Notes: a model not told the origin generated them from the letters alone. A stretch of 63,671 bases of DNA, filler included, from Nemertoderma westbladi (GCA_032718475.1; 4 parts of 4 records of this genome joined end to end with filler, not necessarily neighbours in it); one strand, 5' to 3'; shown: positions 48,891 through 62,586, numbered from the whole stretch's first letter. A program made the numbers and translations.

Positions 48891-50295
48891 GTGCCAGTTC
48901 CCAAAAAGGGCAACCTAACACTCTATGGTTCTTTTCGGGGAATCGCATTGATCTCGATTGCTGCAAAGCTATACAATAGGATTCTATTAAATCGCATCAG
49001 GGATCCCATTGAGAGACTGCTCCGTGGAAATCAGAATGGGTTCCGTAAAGGTCGTGGGACCATGGAGCCCATTTTGGCACTTAGAAGGATAATTGATGAA
49101 TTATCAAAAAAGAAAGACAGGCATCTGGTTGTTATCTTTGTTGACTTCTTCAAGGCCTTTGATTCAGTCTCTCGGTCACGTATGTTCAGCATACTTTCAT
49201 TATATGGGATTCCTGATGAAATTATTGCAGCAATCAGATCAGTATACGATGGTTCGACAACATTTGTGTCTACTGTTGACGGTGACACAGAACCATTTGA
49301 AGTGTTATGGGGCGTCCTCCAAGGAGACACACTTGCACCATTCTTGTTAATTATTGTGGTTGACTATGTTCTACGCATGTCCTTAGATCATCATAATGAT
49401 GATGGGGTGATGATAACTCCACCTACTGGCTCCAGAAGTCGAGGAAATCCTGCCAAGAACCTAACTGATCTAGACTTTGCTGATGACTTAGGAGTACTCT
49501 CAGAATCATTAGAGGGAGCCCAACGGCTCCTCAGCTCATTAGAACATGCTGCTTCTAGTGTTGGTCTTTTTATTAACTCCAGAAAGACCAAAATTCTGAC
49601 AGTTAACTTTGAAAGTCCTCAGCAAGTCTCTGATCGGATGAGCATAAGCTCAAAGGATTGTATGCTTGAGCATGTGGACGACTTCTGTTACCTGGGATCA
49701 TGGATCCGGAAGTCAGGTGAGGACCTTCGAATACGTAAGGGAAAGGCATGGGCAGCCTTGAATAGGTTTTCCAGGATTTGGAAGTCACCGAGAATTAATC
49801 GGAAACTTAAGGTCCGATTATTTAGAGCAGCAGTAGTTCCAGTACTCCTCTACGGGAGTCCATGCTGGGCTCTACCTGCTGAGGACACCAAATCTCTGGA
49901 TGGCACATTCACAAGAATACTACGCCGGGTTCATTGTGTCAAGTACAATGCACACATCTCCAACCAGACACTATATAACATTGGAGGTGTCTCATTGGTT
50001 CCCCCAAGCTTGACACTAGAACAAAATCGCCTCCGCTTTGCAGGACATTGCTTTCGCCGTGAGGACCAGCCAGTGCATAATCTTGTACTTTGGCAGCCTC
50101 ATGGAGTGAATAAGCATGGTGGACAGCCCATGACTTTCTTGAGACGCATCTTAAAGGACACTGGCCTTAAAGATGCGGATGATCTAGCAAATGTCATGGG
50201 TGAAAGGGAGTTGTGGCGGTGCAATTTTGTTGACAAGCCGGCACAGCATTCTTAAAAATGCAGCTGCACTGCAGCATGCCGATCCTAGTAGTAGT
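48891..50295 (+). mobile_element. RTE-clade LINE (family A), 3' part with open RT ORF (48891-50255) and (TAG)n tail
   Basis: FRGIALIS, NQNGFR, FVDFFKAFD, LQGDTLAPFL, LDFADD, YLGSWI, RLRFAGHCFR; short 3' UTR hairpin then TAGTAGTAG; 5' end lost in the gap. Confidence 0.92.
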
Positions 50296-50633
50296 AATGG
50301 TTATTATGTTACTGACGACTCCGGCCACATTATACTCTCTCTTGTTTTTATAGCATTCTGTGTTCATTGCAATTGTGTTGTTGCAGAGAAATTGTCAAAT
50401 GTAAGGACATAAAGCTTGTTGTTTTTATAAACATATATCCGACTTAAATTTCCAAATTTTAGCGTACATTCTTGATTGGTGAGATTGCTCTCGAACGGTC
50501 CGCGTCCGTTGAAAAATGGGTTTCGCTAAAGAATTCTACCATTCGCGAACTTTCGCAAGATGAAAAAGCGGTAGCGTTCCCACTTCATTATTTTCCTCTC
50601 TATTACAGAATGTAAATAATGGTATTCGATAAT

Positions 50634-51039
50634 GGTAGCCAATTGATTTATCGCCTTACTAACTTACTAAAAATAATAATTTTTCACTAAAATTTTAACA
50701 GGAAATCACTAAAATATTCAGTTTCCACTAAAATCTATTAATTAACATTAAATCTATTAATTATAAATTATTGCTAAAATGTGGGAAAGGGCAGGTTACA
50801 GTGCCAAGTTATTCTAACCTAAATAATGAAGGAATTTTATTACAACATGCCGTAACAGATTTATTTTTGATGATTCAAAAATATACTTATTATTATACTA
50901 ATTATCACTAAAATATTTTAGTGATAATTAAATTGAGTGGAGGAAATATATATTTGATAACGAAAAAAAATAACTGGAAATTGGAAAACAGGAATTGTTT
51001 TAGTGACCAATAAAATGAATGGGTTTAATGTAGGCTACC
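50634..51039. mobile_element. Possible MITE with CACTAAAA internal repeats
   Basis: GGTAGCC...GGCTACC ends; repeated CACTAAAAT / TTTTAGTGA including a hairpin at ~50901-50929. Confidence 0.4.
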
Positions 51040-51746
51040 AATACTAGTAAATCAGTAACATAGAGACATGCAGGCATGGCTACCGTCCTTAAGCTGAAAC
51101 TGAAAGCTTTTTGATAAACATAAGTTAAAGTACCAGCACTGCTACTAATGGGCTAGAACTAAGTTTAGTAACAGTTTATGAATACTGATATTTTTTAAGG
51201 GCTAGTTGAAACTAAATTAAGTCTAAAATCTTCTTCTTCTTCTAAAATCTTATTTCTCTTATTAAAATCAGTTGTTTTTAGTAACAGATAGCTCTTACTA
51301 AACATAGTTGCAGCTCTTACTAAAAGCTGTCACTAAGTCTGTAAGTACTGAAGTATAGCTGTAACTAATACTAACTCTATGAATACCGCCCCAGGAGACT
51401 AAAAATCGAAAAATTTTGACAAAATTACAAAAATTTTGTATTTGGGTCATTTTAATTTATATATTTCACTATAGTTAGGCATACCGGTAACATAACATAA
51501 TAAACGCTGAGTTTGTTGTGCTGGTTGCAGATCATAGGTGGCAGGTGGGAAGGTGGCAGAATAATCACGAGTCAGCGGGTCCGCAGACTGGCTAGAGACG
51601 CGCTGTCAGCTCTGCAGCTACCCTACCCATTCACCATTCGGCCATTCCATATAGATCAGTAGATAGACTAGCAGACTAGCAACTAGTACGGCAGTACGGT
51701 GTTCGTATACAACGACAGGCCTACCTGCCTGCATGCCTACAGCAAT

Positions 51747-53483
51747 ATGAAGATTTGGTTTATTTCTGTTAGTATATTGTTTACATTGGTTGTTTGCGAT
51801 GAACACAACCACAGGTATGAACCGGGCGAGGAGGTGGTATTCTGGATGAACACAGTGGGCCCGTATCACAACAGACAGGAGACATACGATTACTTCTCTC
51901 TGCCGTTCTGCGCGGGTCCCAAGAAAGGGATCAGCCATTACCACGAGACCCTCAGTGAGGCACTGCAAGGAGTCGAGTTCGAGTTCAGCGGGCTGGACGT
52001 CCGGTTCCAGACGCCGGTGTCGGATGTGGTCTACTGCGACGTGGATGTGTCGCAGGAGGCGTACGACTCATTCATCTACTCAGTCGGAAACCACTACTGG
52101 TACCAGATGTACGTGGACGATCTTCCTGTATGGGGGATCGTCGGGGAGATGGACGACGAAGGACGCGAGTTCTCCGTCTGGACCCATCGGAAGTTCGACG
52201 TTGGATTCAACGAGGATCGGATTGTCGAAGTCAATCTAACCAGCGAATCTAAGACGGTCCTGGAACTCAACGGGAAACTCAAGTTTAGTTACTCGGTTAC
52301 CTGGAAACCCACGGACGTTAAGTTTGCGGATCGTTTCGATAAATACCTCGATCCCAACTTCTTCCAGCACCGCATCCATTGGTTCTCCATCTTCAACTCC
52401 TTTATGATGGTTATCTTCCTCGTCGGACTCGTCTCGATGATTCTGATGAGGACGCTTCGGAAGGACTACGCGAGATATAGTCGGGACGACGATTTGGATG
52501 AGTTGGAGCGGGACCTGGGCGACGAGTACGGATGGAAGCAGGTCCACGGGGACGTGTTCCGCTCGGCCGCGCATCCGCTCACCTTCGCGTCGCTAGTCGG
52601 GACCGGGACCCAACTCGCCGCTGTCGTTGCCATCGTCATCGTACTCGCGATGGCTGGCGACCTGTACGAGGAACGCGGTTCGTTGCTCAGCACCGGGATG
52701 ATCGCCTACGTGGTGACCTCTCCGATTAACGGCTACGTCGGAGGCGCGTTGTACGCGCGGATGGGCGGCTTCGTGTGGATCAGACAGATGCTGCTATCAG
52801 CCTTCCTCGCTCCACTCACCATTGCGACCAACGCGTTCCTCATTAACTTCGTCGCGATGTATTACCACGCGTCCCGGGCCATCCCCTTCCTCTCTATGCT
52901 CACCGTGGCCTCCATATGTCTCTTCGTCATCCTCCCTCTCACTCTCGTCGGCTCCGTGCTTGGTCGCAACGTCTCTGGGGTCTCCTCCAATCCCTGTCGC
53001 GTCAACGCCGTGCCCCGGCCGATCCCCGAGAAGCGTTGGTTCATGGAGCCGTTTGTTATCGTCACTCTCGGAGGGGTCCTCCCTTTCGGGTCCATCTTTA
53101 TCGAGATGTACTTCGTCTTCACCTCCTTCTGGGCCTATAAGATCTACTACGTCTACGGCTTTATGCTGCTCGTCTTCGCGATCCTTGTGGTTGTCACCGT
53201 CTGCGTCACCATCGTCGCTACCTACTTCCTTCTCAACTCCGAGGACTACCGTTGGCAGTGGACCAGCTTCCTCTCAGCTGCTTCCACTTCCCTCTATATA
53301 TACTTCTACTCTTTCTACTACTTCTTCTTTAAGACTAAGATGTTCGGGTTGTTTCAGACTGCCTTCTACTTCGGTTATATGGGTCTGTTTAGCGCCGCTA
53401 TTGGGTTAATGTGCGGAACTTTCGGATACATCGGAACGAGTTTCTTCGTTAGGAAGATTTACTCCACCGTTAAGATCGATTGA
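51747..53483 (+). CDS. TM9SF3: Transmembrane 9 superfamily member 3 (nonaspanin), single coding exon, 578 aa
   Basis: Signal peptide from ATG 51747; DEHNHRY...[41 protein letters not shown]-terminal KIYSTVKID; AATAAA at 53720. Confidence 0.95.
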   Translation: MKIWFISVSILFTLVVCDEHNHRYEPGEEVVFWMNTVGPYHNRQETYDYFSLPFCAGPKKGISHYHETLSEALQGVEFEFSGLDVRFQTPVSDVVYCDVDVSQEAYDSFIYSVGNHYWYQMYVDDLPVWGIVGEMDDEGREFSVWTHRKFDVGFNEDRIVEVNLTSESKTVLELNGKLKFSYSVTWKPTDVKFADRFDKYLDPNFFQHRIHWFSIFNSFMMVIFLVGLVSMILMRTLRKDYARYSRDDDLDELERDLGDEYGWKQVHGDVFRSAAHPLTFASLVGTGTQLAAVVAIVIVLAMAGDLYEERGSLLSTGMIAYVVTSPINGYVGGALYARMGGFVWIRQMLLSAFLAPLTIATNAFLINFVAMYYHASRAIPFLSMLTVASICLFVILPLTLVGSVLGRNVSGVSSNPCRVNAVPRPIPEKRWFMEPFVIVTLGGVLPFGSIFIEMYFVFTSFWAYKIYYVYGFMLLVFAILVVVTVCVTIVATYFLLNSEDYRWQWTSFLSAASTSLYIYFYSFYYFFFKTKMFGLFQTAFYFGYMGLFSAAIGLMCGTFGYIGTSFFVRKIYSTVKID

Positions 53484-53833
53484 GGGGTTTATTCTAACCA
53501 ACCGTTATGGTGTTATTGGTTAACGTCTGTGTCAGTTAATCCATTTTTTTGTATTTTGTGGGCCAATATTATTTATTTTTTTCTCCACAGGATCCCATAA
53601 TTGTCTACTTTTTGTTCCTGGGTACCTGTGCAAATTGTGTGGGAATATAAAATCGACTGAATCATAATGTGTATCCCTGAACTATCCTTTCGAATATACG
53701 GTTAATCCAACACTGATTCAATAAAAACGATAATCTTACAAGATATCAACGGTTTTAACAGTTACCATTAAATTATTAAGTAGATAATGGAGAAGTTTTT
53801 TAAAAATATTTGCGAGTAGGCCTAGTGAAGCGA

Positions 53834-53867
53834 GTGTTACGCGTTACGCGTTACGCGTTACGCGTGT
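53834..53867. repeat. (GTTACGC)4 short tandem repeat
   Basis: GTTACGCGTTACGCGTTACGCGTTACGCGT. Confidence 0.85.
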
Positions 53868-56650
53868 GGAGTTCAATAAGTAATTTATTGAGAAAATGAC
53901 TTAACAAAAATACTTTGATTGAAAATGGAAATATTTTGAATTATAATATGATGTGCACTCCCACACTGTGTCTGGCTGTAGGCCTTTTTAAAATAATATT
54001 TTTTAGAATAAAATTACATATTCCTAAAGTACGAGGGCCGTATTCATCAACGTCTTAGTGCCGAGTTATCGCCGCTATCTCGGTTCTACATTATCAGTTT
54101 TATCACCGGACTAGGAAAAACCTGTATTAATGAAGCGCCCGATATGATAGTATCTGTTCTAAATATCCAGTTTAGTAGCGAACGTTTATCGCTGACATGA
54201 ACCAGTGCTAAGTTCAGTGCTGGTTCAATACTGAAACATGTTCAGGCCGAGTTACGGTATGTGTATTGACTGGTTGTTAGGAATATTCCGATCAATTGAG
54301 ACAATAGCTTACAAAACATAATAAACATACTGTGTGTGGCGCTATACGAAGTTGGCCAGCCATAGCACATAAAGCACACGTTCTTATTATAGTTACCACT
54401 ACGGCAATACAACGTAATTAAGTGATTATTAATCTGAAACTTTCCGTTTTCTTCAACTTAAATTTATTTTGATTCAATTTATTTTGCATTAATTCGAGAT
54501 ATTCATTTATTTTATACTTTGCGAATATAAATTAGAGTTTAGAACAATTTCGGCCTAATATATTAAACATATACACGCCTAATTAGTTCTTATGAATTTT
54601 TTTCGGAGTTTACTAGAACCTATTTGCTAACCGATGGGGTCCTGTAGTACCCTGTATCACACGATTATATCGTATATGTTGGCAGGCCTATCATGAGAAG
54701 CTCATCCTTACCGGTACAACGATAAACTGAAAGTATTATTTGTACCGGTGACGCTTACAGGCATAAAGATTATGTATGCTTAGCCCCCGGTGTTAGCTGG
54801 TACCCCTCCCCCCAAATATAGTACATTTATATTATATTTCGTAATGGGGAGTCCCTACCCCACCCCCCCCCCCCCCCCATCCTTTCCGTTTATGGACCGG
54901 TATAATATTACTGTTGGTTAGTTGACTGGGTTGACCGCAATGCTTATTATAGCCGAGTCTGCTATTATTGTACAAATAGGATTACTTATGTTACAACACA
55001 TAGCTATGGTATATTTAGCATAAACTAATTCGCCATCTGTTGGCTGTTGCGTTGCAGTTGTATTACAATAATTATCGGCTTAGCTTATTATTGATTTTTT
55101 TCTTGAAATGAATTTTAACCAACAACTCTCAACATTGTTGGAATTAATTATATTAACAGGGAATAAAGAGTTATCTTAGCAGTAACTCCTATAGTTAGAT
55201 ATAAAGCATACATTTTGTCTGTCTATGTGTTCTGTACCAGGTCTCGGGCCTCCGTGCAGGCGAACTGTAAACACCAGTGATCATCTACAATCATACCGCG
55301 GTCGCTCTCACAATCCCCGTGTGAGTGTGAATCTATCCCGCGGACGTTCGCTGAAGGCTCCCAGCACTACTGATCCGCCCCCAGTAGTCTTCTGTTACTA
55401 CAACACTGTTTTTGAACTGGTTGTTTGCTCCCAAGTTAAACCCTTTAATCGTTTCATTTCTTATATTACGTACTCCATCCTCTCATACAAATTATAAATT
55501 ATATATCTCTGATGCCTCTGTAACATTTCACAACCAAAATGTCAGTGTAAAAAAACAATCATACCCCACCCAAACAGCCGCTAATGCATATTGAGCGAAT
55601 TAAACAAAATGTCACACACATGTTTGCGAGTGAAAATTCATTGTGTAAATATAAACTAAAGTTTAAGTAATGCTTTTCCAGAAATGGGGGGGGGGGGGGG
55701 GGGGGGACTGGACGCAATGAAAATTCATCCCTCTCCAGGGGAAATTCGACGCAAATATCAGCTGATTATTCTCAAAAATAAAACTGTAACTTGTTCTATT
55801 GTATTTAGTTTATTGTTTTGGTTAGAGTAACGTGGCACTGTAACCTGCTCCTTTCCCTAAATTGAGAATTTAACATTGAGGCGGGATATTAATTCGCCAA
55901 GATGGGATTTGCGTACAGTTTCCCCCCTGTCTCTGCTATTCTCCACTTCCTTAGGCCTACCCCATCGAATGTTATAAATTATTCGAATATTTTTTCGCGG
56001 CTTTCTCTCGGGCGTTTGTAAAGAAATCTTTAGTTCTAATTTAAATCTTATAAGTACAACAATTTGTGCGTTTTCATATTTTATTTGAGAGTTGGTCTAG
56101 GATTATCTATATGATATATTTATTGTAAATTCTTTTTATATAATTATAATATATTTAACTGGTGCATATCGAAACTACCCGGTAAACATTTCCTGTCCGT
56201 ATGTTTATTTTTGTTTATATACACCCTGGTTGGTTCTTTGGATTACTTGTTTTTTTGTAACTAATAAATAATTACCAACTTTTGTTTATAATTTATTATT
56301 CACAGATTTCATACCTGTTTCCCCAACAAGTTGTTACTCACAAGAGTTCGCCTCTGTGTGGGGGAGAGTCACTTTCTGAGTTACCACGGCATACCTTTAT
56401 GTAAGGGATGGATAGTGGGAGTGTTGATCACAACCTCGGATGGGTGGCTCTCCAGATTAATTTTATTTCCGGTATTGCGCCACCCACGTCTGATCTATTG
56501 AGTTGATTGGTTTGTATTTAATACGACGACTTAATAAAATTATTATCAGGAAGTTAAAAAGTAAAAAAAAACTTGGCTGAGCTGAGAGGTACTGAAAGCT
56601 GACTGCAAGGATTCCCAATATGTAACACAGTCTGAAATTCGTAGAAAAAT

Positions 56651-56750
56651 NNNNNNNNNNNNNNNNNNNNNNNNNNNNNNNNNNNNNNNNNNNNTTAATT
56701 AATTAANNNNNNNNNNNNNNNNNNNNNNNNNNNNNNNNNNNNNNNNNNNN
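56651..56750. other. Artificial contig spacer
   Basis: N44-TTAATTAATTAA-N44. Confidence 0.97.
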
Positions 56751-59700
56751 GCTCGCGCGAGTTGGGCTATAGAAAATTCGCTGCTCGATATACGCGGCGT
56801 AATGGTACGTATATGGGCTTCTTAACTACTGGTCATTCTATCAATTTACACAATACGGACTATGTCGACTATATATCCTGCCCGGCGGAGTCGGAACCAT
56901 AAGCTGAAATTCGAATGCGAAAATTCTATTCGAAATCGGCTCGAAAGAAAAGACATTAAAGAAACAAATAAACGCGGTAACTCCAACATATATTTGGAAT
57001 TCTTGATAGAAGCATTGTAACAACAAATAAATATCATCCGCGTTTACCCTACCAGACGTGCGTCTTTGGTATTATTACGATAAATGCCCTAGACCCAACT
57101 AATAAACGGAAAGACATAAACATCCACGTAAACCGAAACTTGTTGACGTATCACCTATGCTCACTCGGCTCGAACGATCCTGGAGTAAACCTACGATCAG
57201 AGTCCCGGAATACTCGGTCAAACCTCCTCATTCCTTAGTTGGACCTCAGACCTGCGATCTTGGTGGTGTCGCGGATCCTCGCGGACTGTATTCACTGTTC
57301 AAAGATCTAGTGCTACCCTAACAATTAATCGGTAACACTCCGACAGTGATTTCTAGCTAGCCGCCCATCTTACCTAGCCGGATTGTGACGCGGACACCTA
57401 ATATCACTATCCAACCGTATGGTCGTCCACGCTTAACGCGATACAACCCCTCATCAAGGTGAAGGAGAGCGTTGTACGAAACGAGTTAAACGCTATTTTA
57501 TAAAGATCAAAAGGGAAACCTGCGCTTGTTCAGATAAACGTAAGTTATCACAGTGAGTCCAATCGATACACGAATTGGCCTTATCTCAATTCGTTTGGGA
57601 AATCCAGAATCTCTAAGAAGTTATCGAACTTGGACGATCCTATTTTCTGCGAGAGTTTTTGGATGAACGTATCCAGCTACGAGCGGAGGAAAATCAGCTC
57701 GAGGAGAAGCATATCGAAACGGCAGATACCTCGACCACAATCCTACACCTTCTGATGCAATCATATTGCACCCTTCACCCAGGAGTTATGGCCCTCCTAG
57801 TAAAGTGGCTCCCCCCAAAGAGAAAAAGGCTCTTGCTAGCCTCAAAAAACTGCGTAAACGCCGTCTGCGTAAGAAAGACTAACTGTTTAGAGTATCTTTG
57901 TGTTTTAGAAACTGTGATTTTTATATTTTATAGACTGAAAATCCCATTTTCTGGGAGCGGTGTAAAAGCCTTTGCTGAATTGCCCCGTTATTTTTATTAT
58001 CTTTTACATTAAAATACTCCGTAGTTGATTTAATAAGTGTAAGAGACCGTATTATTGCTGTATCTGTGTTTTTAGAGGATCTAAGACCTATTTCCTCCGT
58101 ATGTGTACTGTGAAAGGTATATTTTATGATTCTATGGCAATTCGTGACGCAAAAGGGTGATAGCTACTCTTGAACAGTAGTTACTATGACTACGGTTAAC
58201 AGCTGACATTCATACGTGTTGATTTCCTTTGTTCTACGGCGTCTCTCAGTTCAGTCAGCCAATGAGAGCGTTTTTGTGGCTCCTTGTACAGAGAATTTCC
58301 GAGAAATGACGCAATGCCTATGTGCAGTGCTTACATTCAGTCTTGAGCCAAAGAAAGAACGGCTTAGAAATATTTTGTGCTGTACTGCTTTTTAGTCGTA
58401 CACTGGTAGGTTTAATTATAAAGGGCATATATCCTTTAACAAACGGACTGACGGACCTGCATGCCTATGTCTCATTGCTGACATACCGGTACTGATTTGT
58501 TGTTTTATACTGCTATTTGCTGTCAGTTCTTCATAATATGGTTGATGAATAATTATATTTGGAATAACGATAAATAACCCCGCAACCCAATATTCTTGAT
58601 ATACCTAAGGTAAGAGAGAAAGGTTACCAATAACGATTGTGACTTATGTTAAAGTGGTTTGAAGTGAATCTAATGTTATTTGATAGACCCTACATGAGTC
58701 AGCCTGTGTTCCTTTTATATGTGACTAAAATCAGTGAAGATTGTCAGATTGGTGTGCAGTATTGTGCAGCATTGTGTGTGAGTGAGTCTGTTAAAGAAGC
58801 ATTCCTAAAGAATGCGCCATATATGTGAATTATAATTAAGCCATATCGTTGTGAGTAGTTTAAGTCATAACTCTGTTTATGTAGATAAAGCGCCACGTCC
58901 TAAAGGAACTGTTAATATTACCGAAGGTGAATAATATTGTCAGAGATTATATAGTACTGTCAGTCGAATAATACATTAGGCTTACATAGCAATAAAAATT
59001 AAACCGTCGAACCCAATCTCCCGGGAATTTCCAGCGGGTGAATGGTCGCGCACGGATTGGTTTCGACTAGTGTAGTGAATCAAATACTTGTCATAGACTA
59101 AAAGGCAGATTTATTATCTAGAAGACATTCTAATTTGGCGGGTTAAACTGCCAAAGGTCTGAAAGCGCGAACATTCCTGGCACCCATACTATATCAGAAC
59201 TTTTCGGAATTGATAAAATTACTCAAAATACATAACCCTTCAAGACTTTGGTATAACCATTAAACCATATTATGCTTTTTTGGATAGTCGAATTAATTAT
59301 TAGTAATCGAAAGCGAAATTAGAATAAAATCTTCATTGTTTATTTTATAATAGACACTAAAAGTGCACCAAAATTACAAGTAGCTCGAAATTTTCAAATA
59401 GCCAAAAGTGGTAATTTGGCCGTATAGTTTGGCTTCTGAGGTTTTAGAATGAAATGAGCTGACTTCATTGGCAATGTTTATAAAATTGTAGTATTTTCAA
59501 AAATGGCGAAAATTTTAAGTGCCAGCCAGTACCACTTCTATTTCAGTACTGCAGTACTCTGGTCGGTACTAGTCCGGTAATGTACTGTATTATTCTGTAT
59601 GTGGTATGTGCAGTGCATTATACTGCACTACTGCGTTAGGCATTACATTACTGCTGAATGCTGAGTGCATTATGCTGTAACTGTGTTAGGCATCAATGCC

Positions 59701-60109
59701 TTATCATTATTTCATTACCCGATTACCTGTATTTATTTGACTTTTATTATCACCTCTCTCTACACGGCTGCACGGGCTGGCAGCCACAGGCACGGGGGCC
59801 TAATCTAATCTGGACATAGTATTTTAATCTGTATGGAGGCCGTAGCAGTTACCGGTATAGTTGGAAGTGCTGTGTGTATAGATGACGCTAGCTCGCTCGG
59901 TCTACAGAGTGGCACTTAGTTCGACTAGTCAGGGATTTTTTACAGATCAGATGACACCAGGGCCTTCCACTAAGATTTGTACATTTCGACGGGCGATATA
60001 TTCAGTAAACCCGGAATCTGTTCCGACTTCATTGTCCTATAAAAGCCTCAAATTCCTCGGAGACCGCCAGAAAAATAATATACCGCCCATCATCCATCGA
60101 AATTCATGA

Positions 60110-61217
60110 CTACTACTACTACTAGGTCGAGCGAACTCGGACAGTGGAAATGAGATCCTTCCAGGCTTCCCGATTCTCCATAGTTGTCGCAATTTCGTTT
60201 CTCCTAAGTTCAGTATCCCTTTCAAGTTGATCTATATATGTTATGGCCGGTCGTCCACGACTACGCTTTCCATGAGTTGGTTGCCAGAAAAGTAGATCTG
60301 ATATGACCTCGTCTTTACTTCGCCAGCAGTGCCCACTGAATCTTAATCTGCGTTGACGGAGGGTGGTTGATACAGGTGGTATTGTACCATAAAGCTCGGC
60401 GTTTGTCATGTGTTGTCTCCAGCTGATGTTTAGGGCTGCCCTTAGTAGTCTTGTGTAGCAACCATCAATTCGTTGTTCAGGTGATTTAGTCAGTGTCCAG
60501 GTCTCACCCCCATATAAAAATACACTTTCCACTGTGGCTCGAAAGAACTTAGTCTTCAGGTGCCTGGAGAGATCTGACTTCCAGATGGTATCCATTTTTT
60601 ATAGAGCTACCCAAGCCTTTGCTTTCCTAACTTCTATGTCCTTTTTGCTACTCTCTATCCATGATCCAAGGTACTGGAAGTCATCGACCTTCCTTAGTTG
60701 ATTATTATCAATGGTTGTCAAGTTTCCATCAACATTAAAGGTCATGAATTCGGTCTTTGTAGCATTTATATGCAATCCAACCTCCTTAGCAGCCCTCTCC
60801 ACCTTATTTAGTAGAAGCTGTGCATCTGCTACGGTATTAGAGAGCAGGGCGATGTCATCCGCAAAGTCGGTGTCTGTGACTGTTGTTGCCGGATATCTAC
60901 TACTTCTGCGTTCTTGAAGTGTGAATCCCAGGTCTTCACCCTCTGTGGCCGTCCTTATTGCGTAATCCAGCACAATTACAAATAGTAATGGTGCTAATGT
61001 GTCACCTTGCAGTACGCCAGACAGGATTGAGAAAAACTCAGTTTCACCATCTGGTGAGAGTACCTGCGCTTCTGTGTCACAATATAACAATCCAATGCCA
61101 GCAACAATTACTTCTGGTATTCCATAAGCTCTTAGGATTTCAAGCATTTTACCTCTATGGATGGAGTCGAATGCCTTCTTGAAGTCCACAAAAGTCATGA
61201 CAGCGGGGAGATTCTTT
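60110..61217 (-). mobile_element. 5'-truncated RTE-clade LINE (family B) with one nonsense codon, (TAG)n tail and ~37-bp TSD
   Basis: FVDFKKAFD, LQGDTLAP, DFADD, YLGSWI, RLRFSGHCWR; TAA at 60599-60601; direct repeats 60073-60109 and 61958-61994. Confidence 0.9.
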
Positions 61218-61219
61218 AA

Positions 61220-61921
61220 GGGGGGGGTACACCATTTTCGGACAACTCTTCGATTTATCACTCTCAGCGTTTCAAAATTGTTTGGTTTTGGCTAAAATTT
61301 GGCATATAGGTGCCTAAGATGCTATTCTACATGACAGATCAGAAAATAAAAATTTTCCGCTATTTAATATTAGTTAATACTAGTTAACAATAAAAAAAAC
61401 TTGGTTGCGCTTAAAACCCTAAGGCTTTTCAGTTTGGAACCTAATCACATGAAAGTTTTTTTTATTTGATAGTTCAAAGATGGGGCAACATAACTATCAG
61501 GCGAAATTTTGTGAAAATAATTCTGCACCGCTAGGTGGCGCTGCAAATTTATGCTAATTTTTAGGTTTTTTATAAATAGTATTAAATTTTATTAACAAAA
61601 AATTTCGAAAAGTTGTCTGATACTTTTATGCAGGGTGGCTATCTAGACACCCACAGAAAGTTTCAGACTAATTGCTCAAAAATTGTAGAAGTAGTAGTGT
61701 TTTGAAGTTGACAATTTCATGAGAAAAATATTTGGAGATAATCCACCTTTCATTATACATAGTAATAGTAATTTCAATAGGATTCCCTAAATGGAAATGT
61801 ACATAACTTGAAAACTAAAAGAGCTATTAAATAGCGGTTTTCAGATTTGGAAACACCATTCAATGGTGCATTATAATTGACCATTAAAAAAATTTCGACA
61901 TATTTTGGACCAAAATGGTGT

Positions 61922-61955
<34 letters not shown>
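61220..61955. mobile_element. TTAA-targeting non-autonomous DNA transposon (Kolobok-like GG termini)
   Basis: TTAA at 61216-61219 and 61956-61959; TIR G(n)TACACCATTTT / AAAATGGTGTAC(n). Confidence 0.8.
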
Positions 61956-62336
61956 TTAAATAATATACCGCCCATCATCCATCGAAATTCATGAAGGAGA
62001 GTAAAATTAGTTATTTATGCGATGTAGAGATGAAGCTACATGTACTGCTGGACTTGGGGTTTGAGGGGCCGGTTATTCTTTAAGAATCATCATGCTAGGT
62101 TTATTCTTCTAGCCTAAACCAGCGGGACTCCTATCTGAATCCCCCAAAGACATCGGCCCTTTTGGAGGATGTCAAATAAGACAATATGCATGACCACCTA
62201 AACAGTGTTCGCTTCTTACTGTCTTGGATTTAATAGACAAAGGTTATTGATACATAATAGATGCTGAGATAATTTAATATTACGAATTCAATATAATGAG
62301 AACTGATATTAACTATCGGGACTGGGCTATATTACA

Positions 62337-62585
<249 letters not shown>

Positions 62586-62586
<1 letters not shown>

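Noticed and set aside
51747-53483. TM9SF3 nested antisense in the hnRNP intron
   Set aside because: It is separated from the hnRNP exons by an artificial spacer, so adjacency cannot be established.
51376-54047. GGGCNGTATTCAT Harbinger-like ends flanking TM9SF3
   Set aside because: They face outward (ends of two separate copies) and partner ends were not found.
50783-55857. Pack-type transposon carrying TM9SF3 between inverted GGGAAAGG termini
   Set aside because: The terminus is a common dispersed repeat, the left copy lacks TTAA and sits inside another repeat, similarity is short, and there is no shared TSD.
22144-56750. TTAATTAATTAA motif inside N runs as a biological element
   Set aside because: An identical 100-bp construct occurs three times; it is a six-frame-stop linker used to join contigs.
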